From contig OX597828.1 of NCBI GenBank assembly GCA_951406725.2, positions 11,594,001 through 11,658,000 on the forward strand: a DNA stretch of 64,000 nucleotides, in the 5' to 3' direction. Under the pieces are notes generated by a model. It was given only the letters and a program-made list of their open reading frames with translations, was not told the origin of the DNA and ran no database searches. Position numbers and translations under genes: made by a program. Below are positions 25,036-39,277 of this stretch, one piece after another. Position 1 is the stretch's first letter. Each line of letters starts with the position of its first letter. Source of the DNA: Octopus vulgaris (Eukaryota).

Positions 25036-25108
<73 letters not shown>

Positions 25109-26519
25109 CATACATATATGTGTATATATCATCATCATATATATATATATATATATATATGCACATATATGTGTGTGTGTGTAGCCACTACACACAATTT
25201 TTTCTCTCCTTATTTTTTCTGCGTACCTTTCTGTAGCAGAGCGTAGGCTCGAAACATAAAAGACTTTTACTATTCCTGAGCACTATATTAATACATCTGT
25301 TTGTTTTGTACACCACCTGTCTTCGTCTTTTGTTTATTTTCGTAAACTTTCCTTTTATATATATAGATATATAGATATAGATATATATATATAGATATAA
25401 ATATAGATATGTATACATACATATATATTCATGTGTGGCAGGGTATCTATGTGTGTGTCTTTGTACCTGTGTTTGTACCCCACTCTACCATTTGAGAAAC
25501 TGGTGATGGTTTGTTTACACCTTCCTAATCTAGCGGCCTGGTAAAAGAGACCGATAGAATAAGTATCAGGCTTAGAAGAACAAGAATTAGTACTGAGATC
25601 AATTCATTCAGCTGAAATTCTTCGAGGTGGTGCCCCAGCATGGGCCACGATTTAATGGCAGAAAGAAGTAAAAGATAAAATACATGTATGCATACCTGTA
25701 CTTTTGCTTCTATCTATCTAACTACATGTGTGTGGAGGCGCATGGCTTAGTGGTTAGGGTGTTGAACTCATGATCGTAAGGTTGTGGTTTTGACTCCTGG
25801 ACAGGGTGATACATTTTGTTCTTGAGCAAAACACTTCATTTTCACGTTGCTCCAGTCCACTCAGCTGGCAAAAATGAGTAATCCTGCGATGGACCGGTGT
25901 CCCGTCTAGGTGGGGAATTTCTACGCCACTGAAACCGGGAAACCAACCCTTATGTGCAAGTCTTAGTTGAAGATTTATCAGATTCTTCACTTTTTTCAAA
26001 TTGTAGAAAGGAAACTTTAACAACCTATGCAAGGTCATACAATGTATTTCTCTTTGATCTCATTTACTGACATCAAATTACATATTTAGATTAACACGTC
26101 ACCCACATTTTCCAAATGTTTATTTTCAAATAGTTATATTATTTACACATACTGAAATGCTTCAAGCAAATTACAATACTCTTATACCCAATTTAGAGTA
26201 TATCAGATACCATATATAAGGGTACTTGATGTATTGAAATTATCTCTACTTCCAGAAAGGGTATAACAATCACTCTGGGAAAAACTTGGAGAAGAGTATA
26301 TATATATATATAGTTAATCCAAACATGAACAAAGAGAAAACACAACAACGCGTGGACATAGAACAAGTATAGTGTTATTGGACGCTCAGCAAAGGAAAGA
26401 AAGAAGGAGGAATTAACGTTTTGAGCGGAACTCTTCGTCAGAAACACAGAAAAAGGAAAGGTCCAAGGAAGGGAAGACGGAGAAAGAAAATCGCCAACAA
26501 TATATATATATATATATAT

Positions 26520-27050
26520 AATCCTTATCATCATCACTTAGCATCTGTTTTCCATGCTGGCATGGCTTGGACAGTTTGACAGAAGCTGGTTAGCTGGGGA
26601 TCTACCCAGGCTCCATCATGTCTGTTTTGTCAGGGTTTACATGGGTGGATGCTCTTTCAAATATTTCTAATACCAACCACTTTACAGAAAGTACTGGCTG
26701 CTTTTACACAGCACCAGCATGGGTGCGTTGAAGTGGTACGGGTGTTGTGTACATGGTACAGGTGCGTTTACATGGCACCAGTGCGGGTGCTTTTTACAGG
26801 GCACCAGCACCTATGAACCCGCAAAATTAGGAACGGTCAGCTGGAGAAGGATGAAAGGGACAAGCCTGTATGCAAGGGCAACCATGCTTTTACTTCTCAA
26901 GCACAGCAAACCATCCCGTCTGTGAGTCCCAACATCTGTAAATCCTTTCCCACCACCTTGTTTCATGTCTTCTTAACCCTTCCACATGTTCTCTCTACAA
27001 TTAGAGGACAGTACCTCTTGATGCAACTGTCTTCATTCATACGCATTGCA
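26520..27050 (-). mobile_element. Old RTE 3' fragment
   Basis: Decayed RMNEDSCIK...GTCGR...KT-like coding sequence plus a 3' UTR and GAT tail. Confidence 0.6.
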
Positions 27051-27472
27051 TATAAGGGGCTGACAGGGTATAAAGATAGGGTATTTCCATTGTAGCACTC
27101 AACCTGAGTTCTGGGCTACCAATACTATCAGATTCCAGACTGATACCGAAATTCTTCAGGTGTAAAAAAATCCTTCCTGACTTCACAACTGTGAAACTGT
27201 TGTGTCGATTTAGCGGAAAGTAAAATATAATCCAAATAAGGCATCGAAATACTTCAACACATCTTTAATGAACAGTTCCAACTGTGTCTGTTGGAATTCT
27301 GCTTTCAACGCCAGTTTATGTAAAAGTTTATGGAAAAGTTCAAAGTGAAGATTTACATAATATTTGCAGTTTTAGACATAAGAGAAGCACTTCATCAGAC
27401 TTGCAGATTTGCATCAAAGGAGTCTTCCAGATGTGTATATGTGTGTGTGTGTATACACACACACATATACAT

Positions 27473-27509
<37 letters not shown>

Positions 27510-28221
27510 ACTACATCCCTATACACACACACATATATACACATTACACTTCTACACACACACATATATATATATATATATACACAAATACATGTATATA
27601 CATATTTATATATAAACATATCTTCTAGCTATCTGACTCTCTCTTTCTCTCTCTCACACTCTATATATATACACACACACACAAGGACATGTCTGTACAA
27701 AGATATACATATTCATGTATAAACATATCTTCTAGCTACCTGACTATAAACATACACATATATATAAAATACAAAAATGGGACAAGAATGCAAACCATCC
27801 ATACAGTTAGGTGATACAAAAAAGAGACGACAAAACATCCAGACAGACAATACAAAGAAAACTCCGAATGACCCGTCCTTGTTTTCTTTGTATCGTCTAT
27901 CTGGATATTTTGTGTTCTTGTCCCAATTTTTGTATTCTTTATATATAAGAATATAGTGGCATATGTACACTTTGGTCTCTTATATGTAATTATATATTAC
28001 TCTTTTACTCTTTTTTACTTGTTTCAGTCATTTGACTGTGGCCATGCTGCAGCACCGCCTTTTAGTCGAGCAAATCAACCCCAGGACTTATTCTTTAGAA
28101 GCCTAGTACTTATTCTATCAGTCTCTTTTGCCGAACCGCTAAGTTACGGGGACATAAACACACCAGCATTGGTTGTCAAGCGATGTTGGGAGGACAAACG
28201 CAGACACACAAACACAAACAT

Positions 28222-28256
<35 letters not shown>

Positions 28257-29242
28257 CAACAGGCTTCTTTCAGTTTCCGTCTACCAAATCCACTCATAAG
28301 GCTTTGGTCAGCCCGAGGCTATAGTAGAAGACATTTTCCCCAAGGTGCCACGCAGTGGAACTGAACCCAGATCCATGTGGTTTTCGTAAGCAAGCTACTT
28401 ACCACACAGCCACTCCTACACCGGTATGGTCATTTTCTTTTTTTTTTTACGCCAAATAAACACAAGCACCATATATTTGTTCTTCACTCATTTATTACTG
28501 TTCCTATTTTAACTCATGTCCACTGCCCGGAAGACTTTCGTCACACATCTGTGACCTCTTCAGCAACACTTTCCATCCTCATGTGAATACATGAGTTATA
28601 AATAAGAACAGTAATAAGTGAGAGAAAGAACGAATATATAGTGCATGTGTTCATTTGGCAAAAACCAAAACAAAATGACCATCCCAAAATACAAGGTATA
28701 TATATATATATATATATATTACTCTTTTACTCTTTTACTTGTTTCAGTCATTTGACTGCGGCCATGCTGGAGCACTGCCTTTAGTCGAGCAACTCGACCC
28801 CGGGACTTATTCTTTTGTAAGCCCAGTACTTATTCTATCGGTCTCTTTTTGCTGAACCGCTAAGTGACGGGGACGTAAACACACCAGCATTGGTTGTCAA
28901 GCAATGCTAGGGGAACAAACACAGACACACAAACACACACACACATATATATATATATACGACAGGCTTCTTTCAGTTTCCGTCTACCAAATCCACTCAC
29001 AAGGCATTGGTCGACCTGGGGCTATAGCAGAAGACACTTGCCCAAGATGCCACGCAGTGGGACTGAACCCGGAACCATGTGGTTGGTTAGCAAGCTACTT
29101 ACCACACAGCCACTCCTATATATATATATTTAATAAATCTTAGGGTAGCAAAAAAAAATTTTAGAAAAATTTTTTGCTACCAGTGGTCTAGCAAGAAGAA
29201 AAAAATAGTCAATAGACTATATAAATAGTCATATAAATACAG

Positions 29243-29436
29243 TGTACATTTAAACACATAAGAGATGGCCATAACAGGACATCTGACTTTGCCAGAAAAG
29301 AGTAGTCAAACTACAAACCACTAATAGTTGTAATTCTGAAAGGGAATTACAACTATTAGTGGTTTGTAGTTTGACTACTCTTTCTGGCAAAGCCAGATGT
29401 CCTGTTATGGCCATCTCTTATGTGTTTAAATGTACA
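29243..29436. repeat. Near-perfect inverted repeat, ~94-bp arms, 7-nt loop
   Basis: tgtacatttaaacac...tgtaattc-tgaaagg-gaattaca...gtgtttaaatgtaca. Confidence 0.92.
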
Positions 29437-29655
29437 TGTACACACACACATGAACATATCATCATCATCAACATTGTTTTAATGTCTACATCTCCATTCC
29501 TGCATGGGGCAGACAAAATTTATGGAGACAGATTTTTTTCTATGGCCTGATATTTTTTGCAGCCATCAAACTTCACTTGTTTCCAAACAAAGTAAGAACC
29601 CCCACTTGTCTATCAAACAACAACGTAGTCTGTACACAGTTGCTAGATTCTATTG

Positions 29656-30078
29656 GGATCTTTTCGGTTTGAACAGCAGTTTTTTTAAATAATTTCCATG
29701 TAACTAAACACTTTTAAACTTCGTATACTGGTAGAATGTGTTTATAAAATATCTTTTTCTCTTGGCTTTATTCTGAAAATTCTATAGCTTGTAAGATATT
29801 TGTTGTTTTTTTTTCTTCAATTTCTGCAATTTCAGCCAATCAATGACATCTATTGAGGTAAAAAAACACATTCTGTGCTGTATAAATATGTCCCTCGTTT
29901 AAGAAACAGATTGGGCTTATTTACATTTGTGAAGAAAAAAAAGATACCCTTCCCCCCACCCCCACCCCTAACCCTAAAACAGATTGAAATGCAATAGATG
30001 GATACTAGGGTCATAATTATGGGTGACAATTTCATATGACACTGCTAGAAAAAACTGCCATTCAAACCTAAAAGATCC
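29656..30078. mobile_element. MITE with GG-starting TIRs and 8-bp TSD (Merlin-like)
   Basis: TIR GGATCTTTTCGGTTTGAA / TTCAAACCTAAAAGATCC; TTCTATTG duplicated at 29648-29655 and 30079-30086. Confidence 0.85.
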
Positions 30079-30619
30079 TTCTATTGTTTGCAAACTATGA
30101 CAAAGTGTTAAGATGTGTATTGAAGTCCAGCTGGACTTTCACAGTTGAATGCATGCTTGCTTACAAGATCACTTGTATTAAATAGTAAGGCTGTTGTTTT
30201 TCCAAAAAAAGTGACCATGTAAGGACATTAAATGAAACACATACATATAAACATACATACATACGCATATATACATACACAAAAACAGAGTTATACATAC
30301 ATGTGTATACGCACACACAAGCAACAGGCTTCTTCATTTCCTGTCTCTCTTTATTTCCCATCTCTAAGTATTAGTTAACCCATGGCTATAATACAGGATG
30401 TTAGTCAATGATGTTCATGAAGTTAGGAGTGAAGCCCTAAATACAGGGTTTCTAAAGTGAATTTCTTTATCACACGGGCATGTCTACGCCTATTTACATA
30501 TACATTTATACATATTGTTCAGACACACATATACATTTAGAGACATATAAATGCTTATATACACACACAAATATACTTATATATACACACATATATTCAA
30601 TTATATGTCTCTAAATGTA

Positions 30620-31150
30620 TGCATGGATGTATATATATATATATAAACACACACAGACATATATATATACAAATATATACATATATATATATATGCTTAA
30701 ATATTTATGTGTATATATGTGTGTGTGTGTGTGTGGATACACATACATGATACACAGACGTGAGCACGTGTTCATACATATATTCATAAATGTACATATA
30801 TATATACATATAACATATATATATACATATATAAATATATACATATACATATATACATATATATATACATAAATATATATACACATATATATACATATAT
30901 ATACATATATATACACATATATATACACACACATATATATATACATATACACACACATATATATATATATACACACACATATATATATATACATATACAC
31001 ACACATATATATATATATACACACACATATATATATATACATATACACACACATATATATATATATATACACACACATATATATATATACACACACACAT
31101 ATATATATACATATACACACATATATATATATATACATATATATATACAT

Positions 31151-31195
<45 letters not shown>

Positions 31196-31470
31196 CATAT
31201 ACATGCACATATATATACATATATACATATATATAAATACATATACATATATATACATATATATATATATATACATATATACATATACACATATATATTT
31301 ATAAATATATATATATATATACACATATATATATGCATACATTTATATACACATGTATATATGTATATCTATATATATATATGCACACACAGACAGACAG
31401 ACAGACACACATATATATACATGTATGTATATATATACATACACACACACACACACATATATCATACATA
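30620..31470. repeat. Long compound (TA)n/(CA)n microsatellite
   Basis: Direct inspection. Confidence 0.95.
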
Positions 31471-32226
31471 CACATATGAATCAATGTGTGTCTATGTGTC
31501 TGTGTGCATGTATGCCCCTTGGGATAAGAACAGTTTTGGGTACAACAAATCTTGTCTGTGCATTATGCATTGCTGTAAAGTGCTAAATTGCTTTTCGGTG
31601 CAATCTATAGTCATTTGAAGCTGTAGCCTTGCCTTTTTTGAGGTTTTCTTTTTGTTTTTTTTTTTTTCCCGTTTTTCTGTTTTCTGTTACCTCTACCACC
31701 GCAGAAGGTGTCTAACAGATGTCTAAAAGAATTAACCGAAATGATTTACTAGAAGTGTGTTTTATGATATTTTATTATGGCTTCAGGTGGATTTAGAGTG
31801 GACTTAATAGAAAAGACAAGAATGAAACAATGCAACAACAACAACAACAACAAAAAACATAAGACAAAACTAAAACAAAGCACGAAAAAAAAAGAGGGTG
31901 GCAGAACACAACTGTTCATGTGTTGTTATTGTTGTTGCTGTTGTTGTTGTTGTTACATTTTGTTCTGTGCCTCCTCCTCAAACTCCACCCTTTTTTTTGC
32001 TTTTACTTTCGTTTTCTTCTTTTTTTTTTTTTGTTTTTCAACGCACCGAAAAAGAATCAATACTAAATTTTTGCGGAGAACAGAACTACTACTTAAATTA
32101 TTATTTTGTCTCCAAAGAATTGCTCTACTAAATCACTTAGTTGTCTGTGGTTCACTTTAGATTGACCAATTCAAAATTTTCGTAAGTCAATTATCAATTC
32201 TGTTTTTTTTTTTTTCTTGTTTTGTG

Positions 32227-32233
<7 letters not shown>

Positions 32234-32306
<73 letters not shown>
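32234..32306. repeat. (CT)n microsatellite
   Basis: Perfect CT tract. Confidence 0.95.
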
Positions 32307-32308
<2 letters not shown>

Positions 32309-32471
32309 GATTTTTGCAGTCCTCTGAGAAGTTTCAGCGAAAGTATTACTTTGTTATAAAATTGGTCGGTTCATTTGAAAGAGGAAGGCGAGAAATAATA
32401 AATTTCTCTGATATATTTCTGTTCAAAATATGAGATGTTACTGTTGTTCTGGCTTTTTGTTCATCTGGCTG

Positions 32472-32504
<33 letters not shown>

Positions 32505-33672
32505 GTTATTATTAATATTAGTATTTAAGGTGGTAAGCTGGTAGAACCGTCAGCATGCTGGGTGGAATGGTCAGCAGCATCTCGACCTTCTGTCCATCTT
32601 TATGTTCTGAGTTCAAATTCCCACGAGGTTGACTTTGCCTGTCATCCTTTCAGGGGTCGATGAAATAAGTACCAGTTGAGTACTGGGGATGATGTAATTC
32701 ACTTACTCCCACCCCTGAACTTGCTGGCCTGGTGCAAAAATTTGAAACCGTTACTATCATTATTTTCAAGGCAGTGAGCTGAAAGAGTCATTACCAAAAC
32801 AAGCAAAATGCTTAGCGGCATTTTGTCCGTCTTTACATTCTAAGTTCAAATTCTACTAATATAGGCATAGGAATGGCTGTGTGGTAAGTAGCTTGCTTAT
32901 GAACCACATTGTTCCAGGTTCAGTCCCACTACATGGTACCTTGGGCAAGTGTCTTCTACTATAGCCTTGGGCCGACCAAAGCCTTGTGAGTGGATTTGGT
33001 AGACAGAAACTGAAAGAAGCCCGTCGTATATATATATACTCTTTTACTTGTTTCAGCCATTTGACTGCGGCCATGCTAGAGCACCGCCTTTAGTTGAGCA
33101 AAACGACCCCAGGACTTATTCTTTGTAAGCCTAGTACTTATTCTATCGGTCTCTTTGCCGAACCACTAAGTTACGGGGACGCAAACACACCAGCATCGGT
33201 TGTCAAGCAATGTTGGAGGAACAAACAGACACACACACACACACATATATATACGATAGGTTTCCATCTACCAAATCCACTCACAAGGCTTTGGTCGGCC
33301 CAAGGCTATAGTAGAAGACACTTGCCCAAGGTGCCATGCAGTGGGACTGAACCCGGAACCATGTACTTGGTAATCAAGCTACTTACCACACAGCCACTCC
33401 TATATATATATATATATATATATGTGGGTGTGTATATGCTTGTGTGTCTGTGTTTGTCCCCCCAGCATCACTTGACAACTGATGCTGGTGTGTTTACATC
33501 CCCGTAACTTAGCGGTTCGGCAAAAGAGACCGATAGAATAAGTATTAGGCTTACAAAGAATAAGTCCTGGGGTCGATTTGCTCGACTAAAGGCAGTGCTC
33601 CAGCATAGTACTTACAGCATAGTAGCCAGAGACATAAATATACACAATAACACAGACACCCATCCATACATC

Positions 33673-33718
<46 letters not shown>

Positions 33719-36700
33719 GTGTGGGAGAGCAGTGCATGCCATCAAAGTGACACTGGGGTAAAATATACAAAGCCCAGTATACCCATCATGACTACCTGTC
33801 TGATAAGGATACACCAGGCACATGCATTACAACCATATGTGCATGACATGGTGATCTCATATCACAGCACATAACCTTGCAGGTGGGACCCAGTTAGAAT
33901 TTTCTTCTGGTCGAGTAACCCATCCCGCTCAAAATGGTCCCTGAATAAGGGTTGTTTAAGGATGTTGAAAGAACCACCCATGTTTCCAGAGGTAAATTAT
34001 TCAAACCCCAAAGAATCCCTCTCAACACATGGCTATGATGCTCCCCCACTACTTCAGCTCGTGATCAGAGATGCACATATTGTCAGCAACTAAGGGACAC
34101 ACTCAACTGATTAAGGTCAAACAACTGACAAGCAAATCTGTGGTATTGAGCAGAATATTTGCTGTAGCCCATCTTTTATACCAAGACAAAACAATGTACA
34201 TGATAACACTTCCAATCAGTTAAGATCAGAAGCCACGAAAGCCACTGCCAATTATCATCATCATCATTATTATTATTATTATTATTATTAAAGCAGAAAA
34301 GCTGGCAGAATCATTAGTACACTGGGCAAAATGCTTAGCAGCATTTCGTTTGTCTTTACATTCTGGGTTCAAATTCTGCTGATGTTAACTGTGCTTTTTA
34401 TTTTTGGGGTCTGATGAAATAAGTATCAATTGAGCACAGGGGTCGATGTACTTGGCTAAGCACCGTCCTACAAAATTTCAGGCCTAGTATCTATAGAAGA
34501 AATTATGATTAAAGTGAGTAGGCACAGAAGCATTAGCATGAGGAGAAAATGCTTAGCAACATTTTGTCCATCATTAAGTTCTGAATAGAAATTCTGCTGA
34601 GATCAACTTTGCTTTTTATCCCCTGGCATTGATGAAATAAGTACCAGTTATGCACCAGGATCAACGAAATCAACTTCCCACCCTTCAAAATTGCTGGCCA
34701 TGTGCTAAAATAAGAAAGGATTATTATCAAGAACGGGGTGGGAAGGATTCTTTGGAAGGAGTTTCAATTAAATTCTAAGTAAAGCAATCCTTTGAAAATA
34801 ACTGATTTCTCTTCGGATTGAACTCATTAACATTATCATCATTGTCATTTTAATGTCCAATTTCTCAAGCTTACATAGGTTAGACAGACTTTATTGAGGT
34901 CAGTTTTGTACAGCCCAATGTCCTCTTTTTGTCACTAATCCTTATGGTGAGCTGGCAGAATCTTTAGCACGCCAGGTGAAATGCTAAGCAGTATTTCGTC
35001 TGCCGCTACATTGTGAGTTCAAATTCCGCCGAGGTCGACTTTACCTTTCATTTTTTCGGGGTCGATAAATTAAGTACCAGTTGGGTACTGGGGTTGTTCT
35101 AATCGACTAGCCCCCTCCCCAAAAATTTCGGGCCTTGTGCCTAGAAGTAGAAAAAAAACCCTTACAGGTTTCCAAGCAAGGTAATATTTTTCCGCAGCCA
35201 GTCATGGTTTCACAAAATAATGGAAATGAATGACATTGTATCTATGAGAATGGCACTCATTTACAACTATCACATGATGCTCAGACAAAGAGACATAAAT
35301 ATACACACTCACTAGACACCCATCCATCCATACATACATACATGCATAAAGATTTAAAGAATGAGGAACAAAGCAAGATGCTTTCCTTGCTACCAAGTAG
35401 GTGGTCAGTGAAAATTTATTCTAATTTAAAAATAGAAAGAGAAGAACAAATGAACATACACACTATGTTCATTATGATTATTAAAGCGAGGTCATTGCCA
35501 GTACCACCTGACTGGCCCCCATGCAGGTGACACGTAAAAAGCACCCACTACACTCTCAGAGTGGTTGGCGTTAGGAAGGGCATCCAGCTGTAGAAACTCT
35601 GCCAAATCAAGACTGGAGCCCGGTGCAGCCATCTGGTTGCCAGCCGTCAGTCAAAACCGTCCAACCCATGCTAGCATGGAAAACGGACGTTAAACGACGA
35701 TGATGATGATGATGACACTACACACATACACATGCATACAAACATATATACACATGACAGGCTTCTTTTCAGTTTCTATCTACCTGCTAAATACACTCAC
35801 AAAGCTGCTTTCGGCAGCCTGCATTCTATAAGAGAAGTCACTTGCCCAAGGTGCCCGGTAATGAAACTGAACCTGAAGCCATGAAGTTAGGAAGCATACT
35901 TCTAAACCAAACAACTTTCCTGCACCAATAAATATCAATTGGTGTCAAGGTACTAACAAAAAAAAAAAAAAAAAAAAATTATTTTCTGTAATTCCAAGCA
36001 GGAAATGAAATGTATATAGTTTAGAGTTTCATGAGATTTTTTTTTTTTAACTTGGTCCAACCTACAGAAAAATATATTTTGTGTTTTTATCAATACTATA
36101 AAACAGATGTTTCAATCTATTCTTTTCTTTGTGTGGCTCTATAGCAGCTCAGTTTTTTTTTTTTTTCTAAATATCCTCTGACCTAAACAGCTTTTCTTAC
36201 ATTTAGATATACACTGAATGTCATGTGCTTTCAATCTTCAATTTTTCTAAAATTAGAATTGAATTATTCTTCAAACCTTCAGCCCTGGTTCTTGTAAAAC
36301 AAGCTGCTTCTTGTAAACCAATCTAAATTAAAGCCTTCCGTCAAAATTTTACATCGATCGGTTTTGATTTTTTTTTTACTCTTTTTCAGTTGTCAAAATG
36401 TGGCCATACTGGGGCACCACCTTGAAAGCACTTAGTCAAATGAATCAACTTCATTGTTTTTTAAGCATGGTACCTTGTTCTATCAGTCTCTTTTGCCAAG
36501 CCACTAAGTTATGGGGACATAAACACACAAACATCAGTTATGAAGAGGGGGAGGGGGCAAACACAAAGACACACCACACACACACATAAATATACAATGG
36601 GCTTCCTACATATTTTACTAAATTCATCATCATTCTGCCTACAATAATTCACAAGAAGCATGTGGGGAGCATTTTCTAAGGGTTTGTGACAATCAATGCA

Positions 36701-36860
36701 ATGACTAATTTCTGTGTGTATATGTGTGTGTGTGTATAATATATATATATATATATGAAATATATTATATAGATGTGTGTGTGTGTAGATAAAATTGCAT
36801 GTCAGCTCACTTCATTCATATACTGCTTTCCTTCATCTTCCCATTCCTTTTCCAAGGTGT

Positions 36861-36925
<65 letters not shown>

Positions 36926-36983
36926 GCATGTATGTATGTATGTATATATATATATCTTATATACTATATATTATGTGTGTGTG

Positions 36984-37030
<47 letters not shown>

Positions 37031-37034
37031 AACA

Positions 37035-39245
37035 CTAACTGAATGACCCAGCATTGCCTAGGTTACTGCTATTCTAATTCAGATTAGTAAACAATAAATA
37101 TAAAGATATATTCTCATAATTATTTCAAAATATCTATATTTTATTAAAAAATACCCATATTGTAATGATAATAGAATTTCAAACTGAAAATCTGTCAATG
37201 TTGAAATGAATAAGTTGTTGCTACTTCCAAGTCGCGAGCAAGCAACATAAAGTTGGGTGTGAGAGAAGCACGTAATAGAGAGATCAAGTCCAACTACCTT
37301 CAGGGATTGACCCTGATATTTTTTTTATTGAAATACCAAAACTTAGTTTGACTGGAAACTGAAGCAGCTTAAATTCAAATGGAATATTTGTAGGTGTGAA
37401 AGAAATTTTTGGAATAAAGACATTTTCTCGTTTGTGACTACCTGTTATGCTTGTTGCCTGTAGGACACGGAGTTTCATGGCAGTAACAATTAAGCGAGTT
37501 CCATTACACGGGTGAGATGGCTCAAGATTCCTCAGCACCATCATGGGAGCACCCAGATTTAGTGTCAAGTTATGCGGTGGCATCCCAGTGGGTTTAAGCG
37601 CGTTTAGAAATTCAACAGGGTATTGAACAACCTGACCGTAATCGACTGTTGTCAGTTGATCGAAAAGTCATTTCTGATGTATCTGTTAACTTTTGAAGAA
37701 GTTCGTGGTTGAGTTTATCAACCATTTCATTAATTGGAGCCAGTATAGCTCTTTCACATAGCCAGCTTACATCAGTGTAATTGACAGATAAATTAAGAAA
37801 TACTTTATCCATAAGATCCCTAAGAGAAAGTATCATTTGGTCGCATGTAATTTCATACGGCTGAAGTCTTGAGTTGAATGGTAATATTCCATTACCAATC
37901 TTAAGAAGCTCATATGCTCACCTTGTAGAAGTACTCTCATGTTGTTTGTAAGATTAAGTTTTTTCACGTCTCCAAAGGTACGATTTTTATAAGCATGCAC
38001 TGACCTCATCAGCTTTTGATCCTTTGGGGATAACTGGCAACATTTGACGAAAATCTCCAGCAAGAAGAACTATTACACCTCCCAAGAACATGCTATTGTT
38101 TTTTATGTCTTGGAGGGTACGGTCAATTACCTCTAGAGTTCCGTGATGTGACATAGGGCACTCAACCCAAACAATGAGGCAAGTTTGTTGGAGAACAGTC
38201 GCCATTGCAGTGTTTTTAGAAATGTCACACATTTGAGATTCTTTCGGTTTAGAGGGAGCTTGAACTTGGAATGAGTAGTTCCTCCCCCATTGAGGAGGGT
38301 AGCTGCAATACCAGAAGATGCAACACTGGAAGAAGTTTAGATTTTATTTCCTCCCATTTAAGACTGCAGGTAAAAGTGACAAAAAGATCTGGTTTCCTAT
38401 ATGTTCTGACATATGTCATAGCATCTTGTATTCGTTCATACATATATCATGCTCCTGTGAATGATGATGGGAGGATTATAAGTTACCCTATGTTTTGAAT
38501 ATCACCATCTGTTCTCAGAGCATCTTGGAGAGGAATATATGTCTGTGACATTTTTTTGATTGTTACAAATGTACAAGAGACTCTCACTCTCAATTTTAGT
38601 ATACGTATCAACCAGATCTTTGTGGAACAGATCAAAATACCTGTGTAATAGATTTGATTGTTCTGACCTTAACATCAGTTGATAAGAATAGAAGTCATTT
38701 GATGACACCGTTTTGTTTGTAATTGACTCTCCTGTTGCAGGTTCAATCTGTGGAATATTGAAATGATACCCATCGTGTCCATTCCACAAAATAAGGGGAT
38801 GCTGGAGAGCATTATAAGAGGGATGAGTCTCTGAGACATGTTTAAGGTTGTTATCTCAAGCATGAATGAGAATATCACAATTTTCATGAGGATCACCTAC
38901 TATAAGGATGGCTACCTCATTAGATGTGGGTTCATTAAAACAGTATAAAATGTCCTTTACTATAGTTTACTATAGACATAACGAATGTGGAAACACACAC
39001 ACACTCAGACACATACACTCATACACATGTGTACGTATATGTAGATGTGTGTGTGTGTGTGTTTAATTGCCTGAGGCCTAACATATAAAAACTATCACAC
39101 ATACAGTTGCACACACATAGAGTTGCACAGACATACAGTCTGAGATACACTCACATACATATACTAAGGCAGACACAGAGAGACATACATTCACGCACAC
39201 CTCAGGCATATCTCTGTCCCTCTGTGTGTGTGTCTCTCTCTTTAG

Positions 39246-39277
<32 letters not shown>

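Noticed and set aside
30611-31342. 243-aa Y/I/V/C/M-rich ORF
   Set aside because: (TA)n/(CA)n microsatellite translation.
31777-32160. 127-aa ORF MASGGFRVDL...
   Set aside because: Low complexity, no recognisable domain.
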